Shown in pieces: positions 42,306 to 53,890 of a DNA stretch of 64,000 nucleotides. Under the pieces are notes generated by a model. The model made no database searches, was not told the origin of the DNA, and was given only the letters and a program-made list of their open reading frames with translations. Position 1 is the stretch's first letter, and each line of letters starts with the position of its first letter. Location of the stretch: the NCBI RefSeq assembly GCF_963921235.1, contig NC_086097.1, positions 173,788,001 to 173,852,000 of the forward strand, read 5' to 3'. This DNA comes from Mobula hypostoma. Its lineage: Eukaryota. Position numbers and translations under genes: made by a program.

Positions 42306-43570
42306 TTCCCAGTGGCCAAACATTTTAATTCCGAATCCATTCCGACTTGTTGGTCCATGGCCTCCTCTTATGCCACCTTGAGGCCACCCTCAGGGTGGAG
42401 GAACAACACTTTATAGGAAAGATTTTAGCATCAATGAAGCATTGGCTGATTGGCAGGAGGTAAAGAGTGGGAATAACTTTTACTGGTCGGCTGCCGGTGA
42501 CTAGTGGCATTCCACAGGAGTCTGCGTTGGGACCGATTCTTTTTACAACATATGTTAATGATTTGGATAAAGGTGGAATTGATAGTTTTGTTGCAAAGTT
42601 TGCAGATAATATGAAGATAGGTCAAGGGGCAGGCAGTTTTGAGGAAGTACAGAGGCTACAGAAGAACTTAGAGAGATTAGGAGAATGGGCAAAGAAATGG
42701 CAGATGGAATAGTGCAGGAAGTGTATGGTCATACGCTTAGTAGAAGAAATAAAAGGGTTGATCATTTTCTAAATGTACAAAAGACTGAGGCACAAAGGGG
42801 CTTGGGACTGCTTGTGCAGGATTCCCTAAAGGTTAATTTGCAGGTTGAGTCTATGGTGAGAAAGGCAAATGCAACCTTGGAATTCATTTCAAGAGGACTA
42901 GAATGTAAAAGCAAGGACGTAATGTTGAGACTTTATAAAGCACTGATGAGGCCTCACTTGGGAGTATTGTGAGCCGTTTTGGGCCCTTTATCTTAGAAAG
43001 GATATGCTGAGGTTGAAGAGGATCAAAGAAGGTCCACGAAAATGATTCCAGGATTGAACGGCTTGTCATATGAACAGCATCTGATAGTCTGGGCCTCTAT
43101 TCACTAGAATTCAGAAGAATGAGGGTGACCTCATTGAAACCTATCAAATAGTGAAAGGCCTTGATAGAATGGATGTGGAGAGGATGTTTCGTACGGTGGG
43201 AGAGTCTAAGACCAGAGGACACAACCTCAGAATAGAGAGGCATCCTTTTAGAATGGAGATGAGGAGGAATTTCTTTAGCCAGACAGTTGTGAACTGTGGA
43301 ATTCTTTGCCACAGGCATCAATGGAGGCCAAGTTTTAATGTATATTTAAGGCAGAGTTTAATAGATTCTTGATTGGTCAGGGCATGAAGGGATACAGGGA
43401 GAAGGCAGGAGATTTGGGCTGAGAGGAAAATTAGATCAACAATGATGAAATAATGGAGCAGACACGATGGGCTAAATGGCCTAATTCTGCTCCTATATCT
43501 TATGGTCTTATATTCCGTCTGGGTAGCCTCCAACCTGATAGCATGAATATCGATTTTTCCTTCTGATAAA
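42306..43570 (+). mobile_element. Penelope GIY-YIG C-terminal fragment (42306-42415 and 43509-43570) split by a CR1 insertion
   Basis: PVAKHFNS..VHGLL..LRVEEQH stops at 42415 and resumes as IFRLGSLQPDSMNIDF after 43508. Confidence 0.8.
42416..43508 (+). mobile_element. CR1 LINE 3' part
   Basis: VTSGIPQESALGP..KFADNMK..LYKALMRPHL; tail tcttatggtctta. Confidence 0.9.
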
Positions 43571-45665
43571 TGTTTATCATAATTAAAGATATTCCTTACC
43601 CTCAACATTGAGGAGAACCAAAGGAACGACTTTTCAAAGTACAATAATATCTCTGGTTGCTCCAAGGGTCACATAACATGTCAATGAATACTTTGTGCCA
43701 ACTAGACCACAGTCATTAATTGTTAGATTTGTCAAATTTCTCAGATTATTTTAGCCATTTGTAAAAGAAAATGAAATACCAACTTGCCAAATTTAATGAT
43801 AGGGCTATTCTCATCAAAAGAAAGTTGGAAGACAACATAGCTCATGTGTAGTAACTATTTAGATGATAACTATAAAATCAGCAAGAAAGAATTCAGCACA
43901 AATTATGGTCATCAAATTAGAAAAAAAAATGTACTCCCATTCGAAGCTATCAAGTCATTACATCTTGTTAGAAAAGTATGCACAATGTAGTGATATTTCA
44001 AGGGTCAACATGAACAGTACATTAAAGATTTGCTTAGTAAAAAGTATTAAGCCCAATCCAAATTAGCTCTCTTAGCAAAACTCATTTTAACAGATGTGGC
44101 TGCTCAATTCAGGGTCAAATACCCAAAAAGATACTAGCTGTCAGAACTAATTTAGTTCTACTCAAAAGTAGCTGTGGATAGCTGCTATTTCATCCTAATT
44201 GGTTTTACTTAGTTTAACTGATTGCTTAGTTAAGTCAGTCACCTATGCGGCAAACACGAGCAGCATCTTTATCTTTTTCCTGATCTAGTGAATGCAAATT
44301 TTAGATCAATTTCAGCTGTCTAACAGATGTTAGTCACACAAATGTTGCAAAATATCAAGTATAATTCTGGCTTCTTAAACTTACTCCACAAGTAAATGGG
44401 ATGACCACAGTAAAGGTTGTTTAGAAATGTTTCATCCATCCTGCTGTTCCAAGTCAAATGGTTTTATGGGCATGATAATGAGCCAATTAAGTTGTCTTAT
44501 CTAACACAGTCAGTATTCGTTTAATTTTATCTTTTGGTTGTCTGCCTAATAGAATCACCTCAGATTACAAATGAGCAATCATTCCTCTTGCTGTGTGCTT
44601 TTAGTTAATGTCTGACACAGGGCTGCCCTTTTTTCTATATTCACTTTAAATTTATTCTGGCTACAGTTAAAATCAAAATTCAAGTTACTCCTCCACACTT
44701 GCATTTTCCAATGAGGATTTTAAATGTTCCATACAATTTACTGCTATATCCACTGCATTAGTGTACTGTGTTACTGGTTTATGTCTCACAGCAGAGTTTT
44801 TTTTTATTAGACTGCTATACAAGCTCGACAAACTCCTACCACTCATCGTCTCACATTTATATAGCACCTTTAGAGTAAACACACCACAGTGTCTTAAAAA
44901 GGCGAAAAATAAGTGCCAAGTAGTAATAAAAGAATAAAGGGAATCTTAATCTAAGAGACAGATTTTGAGCAGACCTTGAAAATAGAAGAAAGTATAAGGT
45001 AGAAAAGTTAAGGAGAATTTCAAAGTTAGAGACTTTGCAAGAATATGATTTTCAAAATAGATTAAAGGAAAGCGTGGAAATGTAAACTTAGCAGAGATAT
45101 GCAAACTGTCAGGAAAATGGAAAAAAATTGTTGGTCTTTCAAAGAACCAGCACAGCTAGGTATCGGCAGTGCCACTATTATTCTGAGATCCTCTGCTGCA
45201 AAGCAAGTTGTATTCTATCAGGAGAAGATTTTAGGAGGAAAGTGGGCAAAATTCTAGATATCATTTGCAAATGTATAAATAGATTTTAGAAGGAATAGGT
45301 GTAAAATAAAAAGAACAGAAAGGGTTGGACATCCATATGAATAGCTATATTAAAGTCAGTGATTGTAAATAGTTTCAATGTGCTTTAAGAACACCTTTTC
45401 CCGACAGTAGCTCTGAATAACCTTACATCCTTTTGAGGGAGCCATTTGCCTTATACATCACACAAAAGCTAAATATCTCAACTGCAGGAGATCCGATATA
45501 AAAACTGAAAATATTGAGGACACTCAGCTGAAGAGAGAAACGGTGTTAATGTTTCAAGTTCACCAGTATCTTCAACACAAAATACTCTGCAGATACTGGG
45601 GTCAAAGCAACACTCACAACACGCTGGAGGGACTCAGCAGGTCGGGCAGCATCCATGGAAACGAT

Positions 45666-45703
45666 CAGTCACCGTTTCGAGCCGGAACCCTTCGTCAGGA
45701 CTG
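45666..45703 (-). ncRNA. Minimal type I hammerhead motif, non-canonical GGU triplet
   Basis: Minus strand reads cagtc-CTGACGA-A-gggttccggctc-GAAAC-GGT-gactg. Confidence 0.7.
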
Positions 45704-45783
45704 AAGAGGGAAGGGGCAGAGGCCCTATTCTCCTTCCCACACTCTCCCCACCTTCTTTATAGGGCCTCTGCCCCTTCCCTCTT

Positions 45784-45821
45784 CAGTCCTGATGAAGGGT
45801 TCCGGCTCGAAACGGTGACTG
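45784..45821 (+). ncRNA. Minimal type I hammerhead motif, non-canonical GGU triplet
   Basis: cagtc-CTGATGA-A-gggttccggctc-GAAAC-GGT-gactg. Confidence 0.7.
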
Positions 45822-46849
45822 ATCGTTTCCATGGATGCTGCCGACCTGCTGAGTTCCTCCAGCGTGTTGAGTGTCACCAGTATCTTCCAAGCTTTTTAAA
45901 TACTTAAACTGTAATGTACCATTACAATCTATTCAAAATAAAATGCTTCATATGTCGTGTGTTTATAATTACTAGGTCCACACATGAAGTTCACAGTGAG
46001 CCAAAGAACAGCACAGAAGCAGTCCTTTAGGCCCAACTGGTCCATGTCAAACAAGGTGACCATCCAAGCTAGTCCTATAACTGTAAACCTTTCCTATCAA
46101 AACACTACAAGTCAACAGCACATGTCTACCTTGTAAGATTCTTAGGTTAGAATTATGAGCAAGTCTATCAATCAACTAATGTATCTAGTAAGAAAACTTT
46201 TAGCAAGGCCAGTTAACTTTGCCTGAGCTTTTAAGAAGTTAGAAATCTGATCAGTGGATCTAAATTTACAAAGCAGAATGTGATCAAGTTAAAAAAAAAA
46301 GCAGAAAATAAAACTGGCTACTTTAGATACAGCTTTGAATGCCACAATGACAATCATTCAAAGGGAAGCTAACAGGAAAATCAGACCTAATTCCTTGATG
46401 CTGTTTCATCAGTTTATCCAAGCAAAGCACCAGCATAATTCAGTTGACCCATCTCAGTCAAATACACTAAAGACACAAGCACATAGTAAGATCATACTCC
46501 ACCACAGTACAGAGGAAGTTTCCAAAGTACAGTAAATGAGACAATTAACTTTGTCTGCCTGTTCTAATCAGCCATTTAAACATCTATGAAACATCTATAA
46601 CAGAATATCTTCAAAAACACTCCATCATCATTAACTATCACCAAAAAAAATCCTAGATTATTATCAAATCTTCATTATTTCTTTTAATCCATAATATTAT
46701 TCTGATGTATCTTGCTACATTCAGTCCATGACATCCTGAGGAACTGTACACAAAACTTTATAACTAATACATAATTTCCTCTTTTTCACACGCCATCTTT
46801 CCAGGTAAGGCGACAAAGATTAATTTTCTTTTTTTTCATCAGTTCTTGG

Positions 46850-48200
46850 TTTTCAGTGATTTGTTCACTTGGACATCCAAAGTAATGCTACACACAGAAG
46901 TGACTGTACATAAAGTGATTTGAGAGAAAATGATAAAGTAATGGTGGCTGGGGGTATGAAGGAGTGGAATGGTGGGTGGAGGTGTTGATCAGCATTACTG
47001 CTTGGGGAAGGTAACTTTTTAAAGTCTGGCAGTCCTAGTGTGGATGTGACACAGTCTTCTCCCTGATGAGAGTGCAACAAACAGTCCATGAGCAGGGTGG
47101 CTGGGACCTTCATGATGTTACAAAACCTCTCTGTACATACATCCTTTATGGCAGGTAGGCTGTTGCACCTGTGCATCTGTAGAATGGTGCAAGTATTAAT
47201 GGGCATAGTCCAGCTATCTTCAGCCTTCTCAGAGACTAACAACATTGGTGCACTTCCCATTCCAATTCCAATATGTCTATCCATGGCCTCCTCTACTGTC
47301 GTGATGAGACCACACTCAGACTGGAGGAACAACATCCTATTTTCCATCTGGGTAGCCTCCAGCCTGATGGCATGAACATCAATTTCAGGAACCTCAGGTA
47401 ACACCCCCTCTCCTTCACCATTCCCCATCCCATTCCCATCTCTCACCTTATCTCCTTGCCTACCCCTCCCCTCCCTCTGGTGCTCATCCCCGCTTTTCTT
47501 TCTTCCATGGCCTTCTATCATCTCCTATTAGATTCCCCCTTATGCAGCCCTATATTTCTTTCACCAATTAACTTCCCAGCTCTTTACTTTACCCCTCTCC
47601 CTCCCTGTTTCACCTATCACTTTGGGTTTCTCCCTCCCTTCCCCCCACCTTTTAACTACACACCTCATCTTTTTTCCTCCAATCCTGCTGAAGGGTCTTG
47701 GCCCGAAATGTCGACTGTACTCTTCTCCATATTTGCTGCCTGACCTGCCGAGTTCCTTCAGCATTTTGTGTGTGTTGCATTGGTGCACTTCCCTGATTTC
47801 CACTGCTGTGCCATCCATGTAAAGAGTGGTGTGAGTGGTCCGAGTTCCTCGGATAATTAATTCCTTTGTCTTGTTGACATTGAGGCAAGGATTATTTTGG
47901 CACCAGGCCTCGAGCTCCACTCTGTAGGTCATCTCATTATTGGTGATGAGCTCCACCACAGTCTTGTCTTTGGCAAACTTAACAACATGATTACTCGGGT
48001 GATTGGCCATGCAGTCATTGTGAGCAGAGTGTACAGTGATGGGGTCAGTACACAGTCCTCTGGGGCAGCCGTGTTGACAATGATAGGGGAGGAGGAGCCG
48101 TGTGCATCCTGATTATTCTGAGGTCTGTTGGTTCAGAAGGCCAATACCCAGTTGAACAGTGGTGTATTTAGACTAAGGAGTAGGGGTTTGTTCACCACGT
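46850..48200 (-). mobile_element. Old Rex1/Babar-type LINE interrupted by the PLE at 47250-47780
   Basis: SNHVVKFAKDKTVVELITNNEMTYR..WCQNNPCLNVNKTKELII at 47800-48010; 3' part at 46850-47245. Confidence 0.7.
47250..47780 (+). mobile_element. Penelope-like element 3' fragment (GIY-YIG C-terminus plus terminus with hammerhead at 47680-47717)
   Basis: MSIHGLLYCRDETTLRLEEQHPIFHLGSLQPDGMNINF; caatc-CTGCTGA-A-gggtcttggccc-GAAAT-GTC-gactg. Confidence 0.85.
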
Positions 48201-48214
48201 CTGTGGGACAAAGG

Positions 48215-51190
48215 CTGAATCAAGGTGGTGATGAATTAGCATACAAAAGGGAGACTGAAAATCTGGCTGAATGGTGCTGTAACAACAACCTCTTACTCAA
48301 TGTCAGCAAGCCGAAGAGCTGATTATTAACTTCAGTAGGAGGAAACTGGAGATCCATGAGCCAGTCCTCAACAGGGGATCAGCAACTTTAAATTCCTTTG
48401 TGTTATCATTTCAGAGGACCTGGCCTGGGTCCAGCACATAAGTGCAATTACAAAGAAAGAACAGCAGTACCTCTACTTCTGCAAAGATTCGGATGATATC
48501 TAAACCTTGGACAAACTTCTGCAGATGTGTAGTACAAAGTATACTGACTGGTTGTATCACAGCCTGGTATGGAAATACCAAGGCCCTTGAATGGAAAATC
48601 CTACAAAAAGTAGTAAATATGGCATCACAGGTAAAGCCCTCCCCACCATTGAGCACATCTACATAGAGCCCAGTCGCAGGAAAGCAGCATCTATCATCAG
48701 GGATCCCATCAGCCAGGTCATGCTCTCTTCTCGCTGTTACCATCAGGAAGAAGGTACAAGAACCTTTGGAATCAAACCATCAGATTCAGGAATAGTAATT
48801 ACCCCTCAAACATCAGGCTCTTGATCCAGAGGGGATAACTTCACTCGCCCCCATCACTGAACTGCTTCCACAACCTAAGGATTCACTTTCAAAGACTCAT
48901 CTCATGTTCACAATATTTCTTGCTCGCTTGCTTGCTTATTTATTTATTTATTTATTTATTATCATCGTCAACAAGGGAAATTAGGGATAGTATCAATTCC
49001 AAAGAAGAAGCATACAAATTAGCCAGAAAAAGTGGCTCACCTGAGGACTGGGAGAAATTCACAGTCCAGCAGAGGAGGACAAAGGGCTTAATTAGGAAGG
49101 GGAAAAAAGATTATGAGAGAAAACTGGCAGGGAACATAAAAACTGACTGTAAAAAGCTTTTATAAATATGTGAAAAGAAAAAGATTGGTTAAGACAAATG
49201 TGGGTCCCCCACAGACAGAAACAGGTGAATTGATTATGGGGAGCAAGAACATGGCAGACCAATTGAATAACTACTTTGGTTCTGTCTTCACTAAGGAGGA
49301 CATAAATAATCTTCTGGAAATAGTAGGGGACAGAGGGTCCAGTGAGATGGAGGAACTGAGGGAAATACATGTTAGTAGGAAAGTGGCGTTAGGCAAATTG
49401 AAGGGATTAAAGGCAGATAAATCCCCAGGGCCAGATGGTCTGCATCCCAGAGCGCTTAAGGAAGTAGCCCAAGAAATAGTGGATGCATTAGTGATAATTT
49501 TTCAAAACTCTTTAGATTCTGGACTAGTTCCTGAGGATTGGAGGGTGGTTAATGTAACCCCACTTTTTAAAAAAGGAGGGAGAGAGAAACCGGGGAATTA
49601 TAGACCGGTTAGCCTAACATCGGTGGTGGGGAAAATGCTAGAGTCAGTTATCAAAGATGTGATAACAGCACATTTGGAAAGCAGTGAAATCATCGGACAA
49701 AGTCAGCATGGATTTGTGAAAGGAAAATCATGTCTGACGAATCTCATAGAATTTTTTGAGGATGTAACTAGTAGAGTGGATAGGGGAGAACCAGTGGATG
49801 TGGTATATCTGGATTTTCAAAAGGCTTTTGACAAGGTCCCACACAGGAGATTAGTGTGCAAACGTAAAGCACACGGTATTGGGGGTAAGGTATTGATGTG
49901 GATAGAGAATTGGTTGGCAGACAGGAAACAAAGAGTGGGAATAAATGGGACCTTTTCAGAATGGCAGGCAGTGACCAGTGGGGTACCGCAAGGCTAAATG
50001 CTGGGACCCCAGTTGTTTACAATATATATAATGACTTAGATGAGGGAATTAAATGCAGCATCTCCAAGCTTGCAGATGACACGAAGCTGGGCGGCAGTGT
50101 TAGCTGTGAGGAGGATGCTAAGAGGATGCAGGGTGACTTGGATAGGTTAGGTGAGTGGGCAAATTCATGGCAGATGCAATTTAATGTGGATAAATGTGAG
50201 GTTATCCACTTTGGTGGCAAGAACAGGAAAACAGATTATTATCTGAATGGTGGCCGATTAGGAAAAGGGGAGGTGCAACGAGACCTGGGTGTCATTATAC
50301 ACCAGTCATTGAAAGTGGGCATGCAGGTTCAGCAGGCAGTGAAAAAGGCGAATGGTATGCTAGCATTCATAGCAAGAGGATTCGAGTACAGGAGCAGGGA
50401 GGTACTACTGCAGTTGTACAAGGCCTTGGTGAGACCACACCTGGAGTATTGTGTGCAGTTTTGGTCCCCTAATCTGAGGAAAGACATCCTTGCCATAAAG
50501 GGAGTACAAAGAAGGTTCACCAGATTGAATCCTGGGATGGCAGGACTTTCATATGATGAAAGACTGGATCGACTAGGCTTATACTCTCTGGAATTTAGAA
50601 GACTGAGGGGGGATCTTATTGAAACATAAAATTCTAAAGGGATTGGACAGGCTAGATGCAGGAAGATTGTTCCCAATGTTGCGGAAGTCCAGAACGAGGG
50701 ATCATAGTTTGAGGATAAAGGGTAAGCCTTTTAGAACCGAGATTAGAAAAAACTTCTTCAGACAGAGAGTGGTGAATCTGTGGAATTCTCTGCCACAGGA
50801 AACAGTTGAGGCCAGTTCATTGGCTATATTTAAGAGGGAGTTAGATATGGCCCTTGTGGGTAAAGGGATCAGGGGGTATGGAGGGAAGGCTGGTACAGGT
50901 TTCTGAGTTGGATGATCAGCCATGATCATACTGAATGGCGGTGCAGGCTCGAAGGGCCGAATGTCCTACTCCTGCACCTATTTTCTATGTTTCTATGTTT
51001 CTATCATTGTGATTTTTTCTTTCTTTTTGTATTTGCAGTTTTTTGTATTTTGTGCACTGTGTCTCTACCCTGTTGGTATTTCATTGATTCTATTATGGTT
51101 ATTGGATATATTGAGTACGCCCACAAGAAAATGAATCTCAGAGTGGTATGATGACATATATGTAGTTTGATAATGAATTTACTTTGAATG
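48215..51190 (+). mobile_element. Rex1/Babar-type 3' fragment (48215-48960 and 51005-51190) split by a CR1
   Basis: GDELAYKRETENLAEWCCNNNLLLNVSK; FCRCVVQSILTGCITAWYGN; the 3' UTR resumes after the CR1 tail. Confidence 0.8.
48971..51003 (+). mobile_element. CR1 LINE, 5'-truncated, young (RT domain nearly intact)
   Basis: ORFs 49170-49997 and 49898-50629 (QHGFVKGKSCLTNL, YLDFQKAFDKV, GVPQG, LADDTKL); (TTTCTATG)n tail. Confidence 0.95.
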
Positions 51191-52176
51191 AAAGAGTGAG
51201 TGTTTGTTGGCTCTGGGCCTGTACTCACTGGAGTTGAGAAGAATGAGCTCATTGAAATCTACCAAATCTTCCAAATATTGAAAGGCCTGGATAAACTGGA
51301 GATAGAGAGAAAGTTTCCAATAGTAGGAGAGCCTTGAACCAGAGGGCACTGATCATAAATAGCAGTATTTAGTATTTCACCTCTGTAATTCAGTCCCAGA
51401 CCAATACTCAAAGAAAACCATGTCAGAGCACTGGGTTGACTAGACTTGCAGATCTTCTTAATAGACCTTATAATTGGGTCAATTCTTTTCCAAGATATCT
51501 TGATCCTGGTGCGCAACCTTGGTCAAGATTTACTTAAATTCCAAGATTTACTTAAAATTTTGATGTCCTCTGGGTGCAAAATTTTTTTCAGACTGCGGAA
51601 AGATGGCTTAGTGAGTGTAAATATTTTTACCATTTACACATAGAATCCTGTAGAAGGTCACAAAATTAATGCAAAACCATTTATAATTGCTTTTTAATTA
51701 AGGGTCCAAATTTTCTGCTTCAGACATCTTTCAACCATCTTTTTATTACTCCATCTATCTTTATCACATATGCATACTGTGAAGCTACCAGGCATCTTCT
51801 CTTGTAGGAGTCTTCCTTTGAAAATAATAACAGTTTCAGCTCTGTTTCATCTTAGCAAAGTGCAAGGATTACAGTGAAGTGTGCCCTGAAGCTTTTACCT
51901 GAATGGTTTTCTCTCCAGCTTTGTTTCTGAACTGTCCAAGCTCACTGTTGTTTCTTACTTCCATTTCTATAAGGGATCCCTGAATCCAGTAGTCACCTTC
52001 ACAAGGGAAATCCTTTCTTCCTCTGAGCCTTTCATACCTGCTAAGACTATCTATAGTGTATGAATGGCCAAGTTTTGTTGGTTACTGACACTACTTTCAT
52101 TCTTACCATCACGTTGACAGGGGGCATGTTTGCTTGCTGCCATTCAACTCAGTCCAAACACAGGATATCTATATTG

Positions 52177-52315
52177 TAAACACGAGGAATTCTGCAGATG
52201 CTGGAAATTCAAGCAGGACTGACGAAGCGTCTCGGCCCGAAACGTCGACTGTACCTCTTCCTAGAGATGCTGCCTGGCCTGCTGCGTTCACCAGCAACTT
52301 TGATGTGTGTTGCTT
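52177..52315 (+). mobile_element. 139-bp Penelope-derived insertion (inverted tip plus hammerhead-bearing terminus) with 13-bp TSD
   Basis: TSD gatatctatattg at 52164-52176 and 52316-52328. Confidence 0.85.
52219..52251 (+). ncRNA. Hammerhead core with intact conserved nucleotides; 5' strand of stem I lost by truncation
   Basis: CTGACGA-A-gcgtctcggccc-GAAAC-GTC-gactg; one stem II mismatch. Confidence 0.7.
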
Positions 52316-53544
52316 GATATCTATATTGGTTTGGAAGCAATCTTTCCCACTATCAGCCTGCTTCTCGAGGCTTCTTTTACACATTATTTTACTTTTGCCT
52401 CCAGTCATGTATGGTCTTTCCAAAAATGCCAAACTATTTCCCAGTCTGGCAATTTCTATATATTCCTGCAAATTTCATGATAAAGAATTGCAATCCAATT
52501 GTGCATCTCACTTTCTTTCTCACTGAAGCTGCACATAGGTAGATAGCCTTAACTAATTCACACCTCACACATATCTCTTCCAACTTCCTCTTTTCTAGAG
52601 CTCCTTGGTATTCAAATTACCAATGTTTGACCTTCCTCCTTACGTGAAGTCCATGTATGTTAGTATACAGCTGGACTTTCACCATTAAGACAACAAGGCT
52701 GGAGTGGATACTACTAACTGTTAATTATTCCCCTCTGTCCAACTGTAGAGAGACATGATAAGGGACATCCTAAATTCATGGGCTAATGTGTGAGAATTGG
52801 TTCTAATGACCTGGGTTTTAGGGTGTGAACAGTAAGCACGGGAACCCTGGACAAACAGCAGAGGTGGACAGCCTAGCCCAGTGGTGGGAGAGACCATTCT
52901 GACACCTGCTGGACAAATAATCTAATGACTATGACAAAGTGGCAGTTACTGCAGTTCCAGCTAGCACTGCAGTTTGGAAAAATTTAACAATGAGACACAT
53001 CGATTCTACCTCCTTCAAAAGAAAAAGAATCCAAAAACATTGCCTTATGCACACGATTTTGCGGTAATTTATAAACTTAATTCATTTATTTCAGTTAGTT
53101 GCCACAAAAGGAAGTTGAGAAAAGTTTCTGTTCAGATTTTAAGCAGAAAACAGAAATATTCTGGACATTTATGGCTTTGCAACAGATCTTCTAACTCAAA
53201 TAATTGCTCTTTTCATTCTCCTGTTACTTAACTTCTGCTTCTACTAACATTATTTCTTGAAGTTGATTAGTAATTGTAATCTACACAAGGTCAGTCTAAG
53301 CAGTAAAGCAGATGGAAATTTGAGAGGTACTGTATGTGGGATTTGCTCACACTTAGTGGATGAGCTAAATCATGTGGATTCCTTTAAAAGAAAACTAAAC
53401 ACATAAAAGAAGAAAGAAGTTAGTTGATGTGATGATTGGTTGAGACAGAGAGAGAGGCGGCAAATCCCAAATTACTGGCCAACGAGAACAAATTACTTGT
53501 AGTTTCCACAATATAATCAGTAATAAGACTTATGTTCAAGTCAC

Positions 53545-53890
53545 AAGAGGCACAACTAGTGGAGTTGCTGCCTCACAGCACCAGAGACTGGTGTTCATTC
53601 CTCATCTCAAGTCCTGTCTGTGGGGAGAGTGTACATTCTTCCTATATCCAGGTGCATCTCCCCAGGTGCATCAATTTCCTCCCTTATCCCAAAGATGTAT
53701 GGATTGGTAGCTTGTCCAGTGTAAATTGTCCAGAATGTGTAAGTGAATGTAGGGAATGAGGTCCGTTGACAGGGATGTGCAGAGAATTTTTAAAAATGGA
53801 TTAATGCAAGATTAGTGTAAAAAGGTTACTAACTGTTGGCCTGAGCTTGACAGGCTGAAGGGCCTGTTTCTGTGCTGTAGCTCTCTCAAT
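53545..53890 (+). mobile_element. tRNA-derived V-SINE with a CR1-like 3' tail
   Basis: Head ctagtggagttgctgcctcacagcaccagagactggtgttca; V-like core; tail ggctgaagggcctgtttctgtgctgta. Confidence 0.7.

Larger units (their letters stand above)
45574..45873. mobile_element. 300-bp Penelope-derived inverted-repeat insertion with 14-bp TSD and two opposed hammerhead motifs
   Basis: TSD tcaccagtatcttc at 45560-45573 and 45874-45887; arms about 45611-45728 and 45759-45873. Confidence 0.9.
51500..52540 (-). pseudogene. Fossil POGK-like pogo transposase (Brinker-type DNA-binding domain plus DDE_1), heavily degraded
   Basis: Manual minus-strand translation through stops gives RKKVRCTIGLQFFIMKFAGIYRNCQTGK*FGIFGKTIHDWRQ, then VIIFKGRLLQEK, KRWLKDV*SRKFGPLIKKQL*MVLH*F and KKILHPEDI, in the order expected for a POGK-type transposase. 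Confidence 0.6.
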
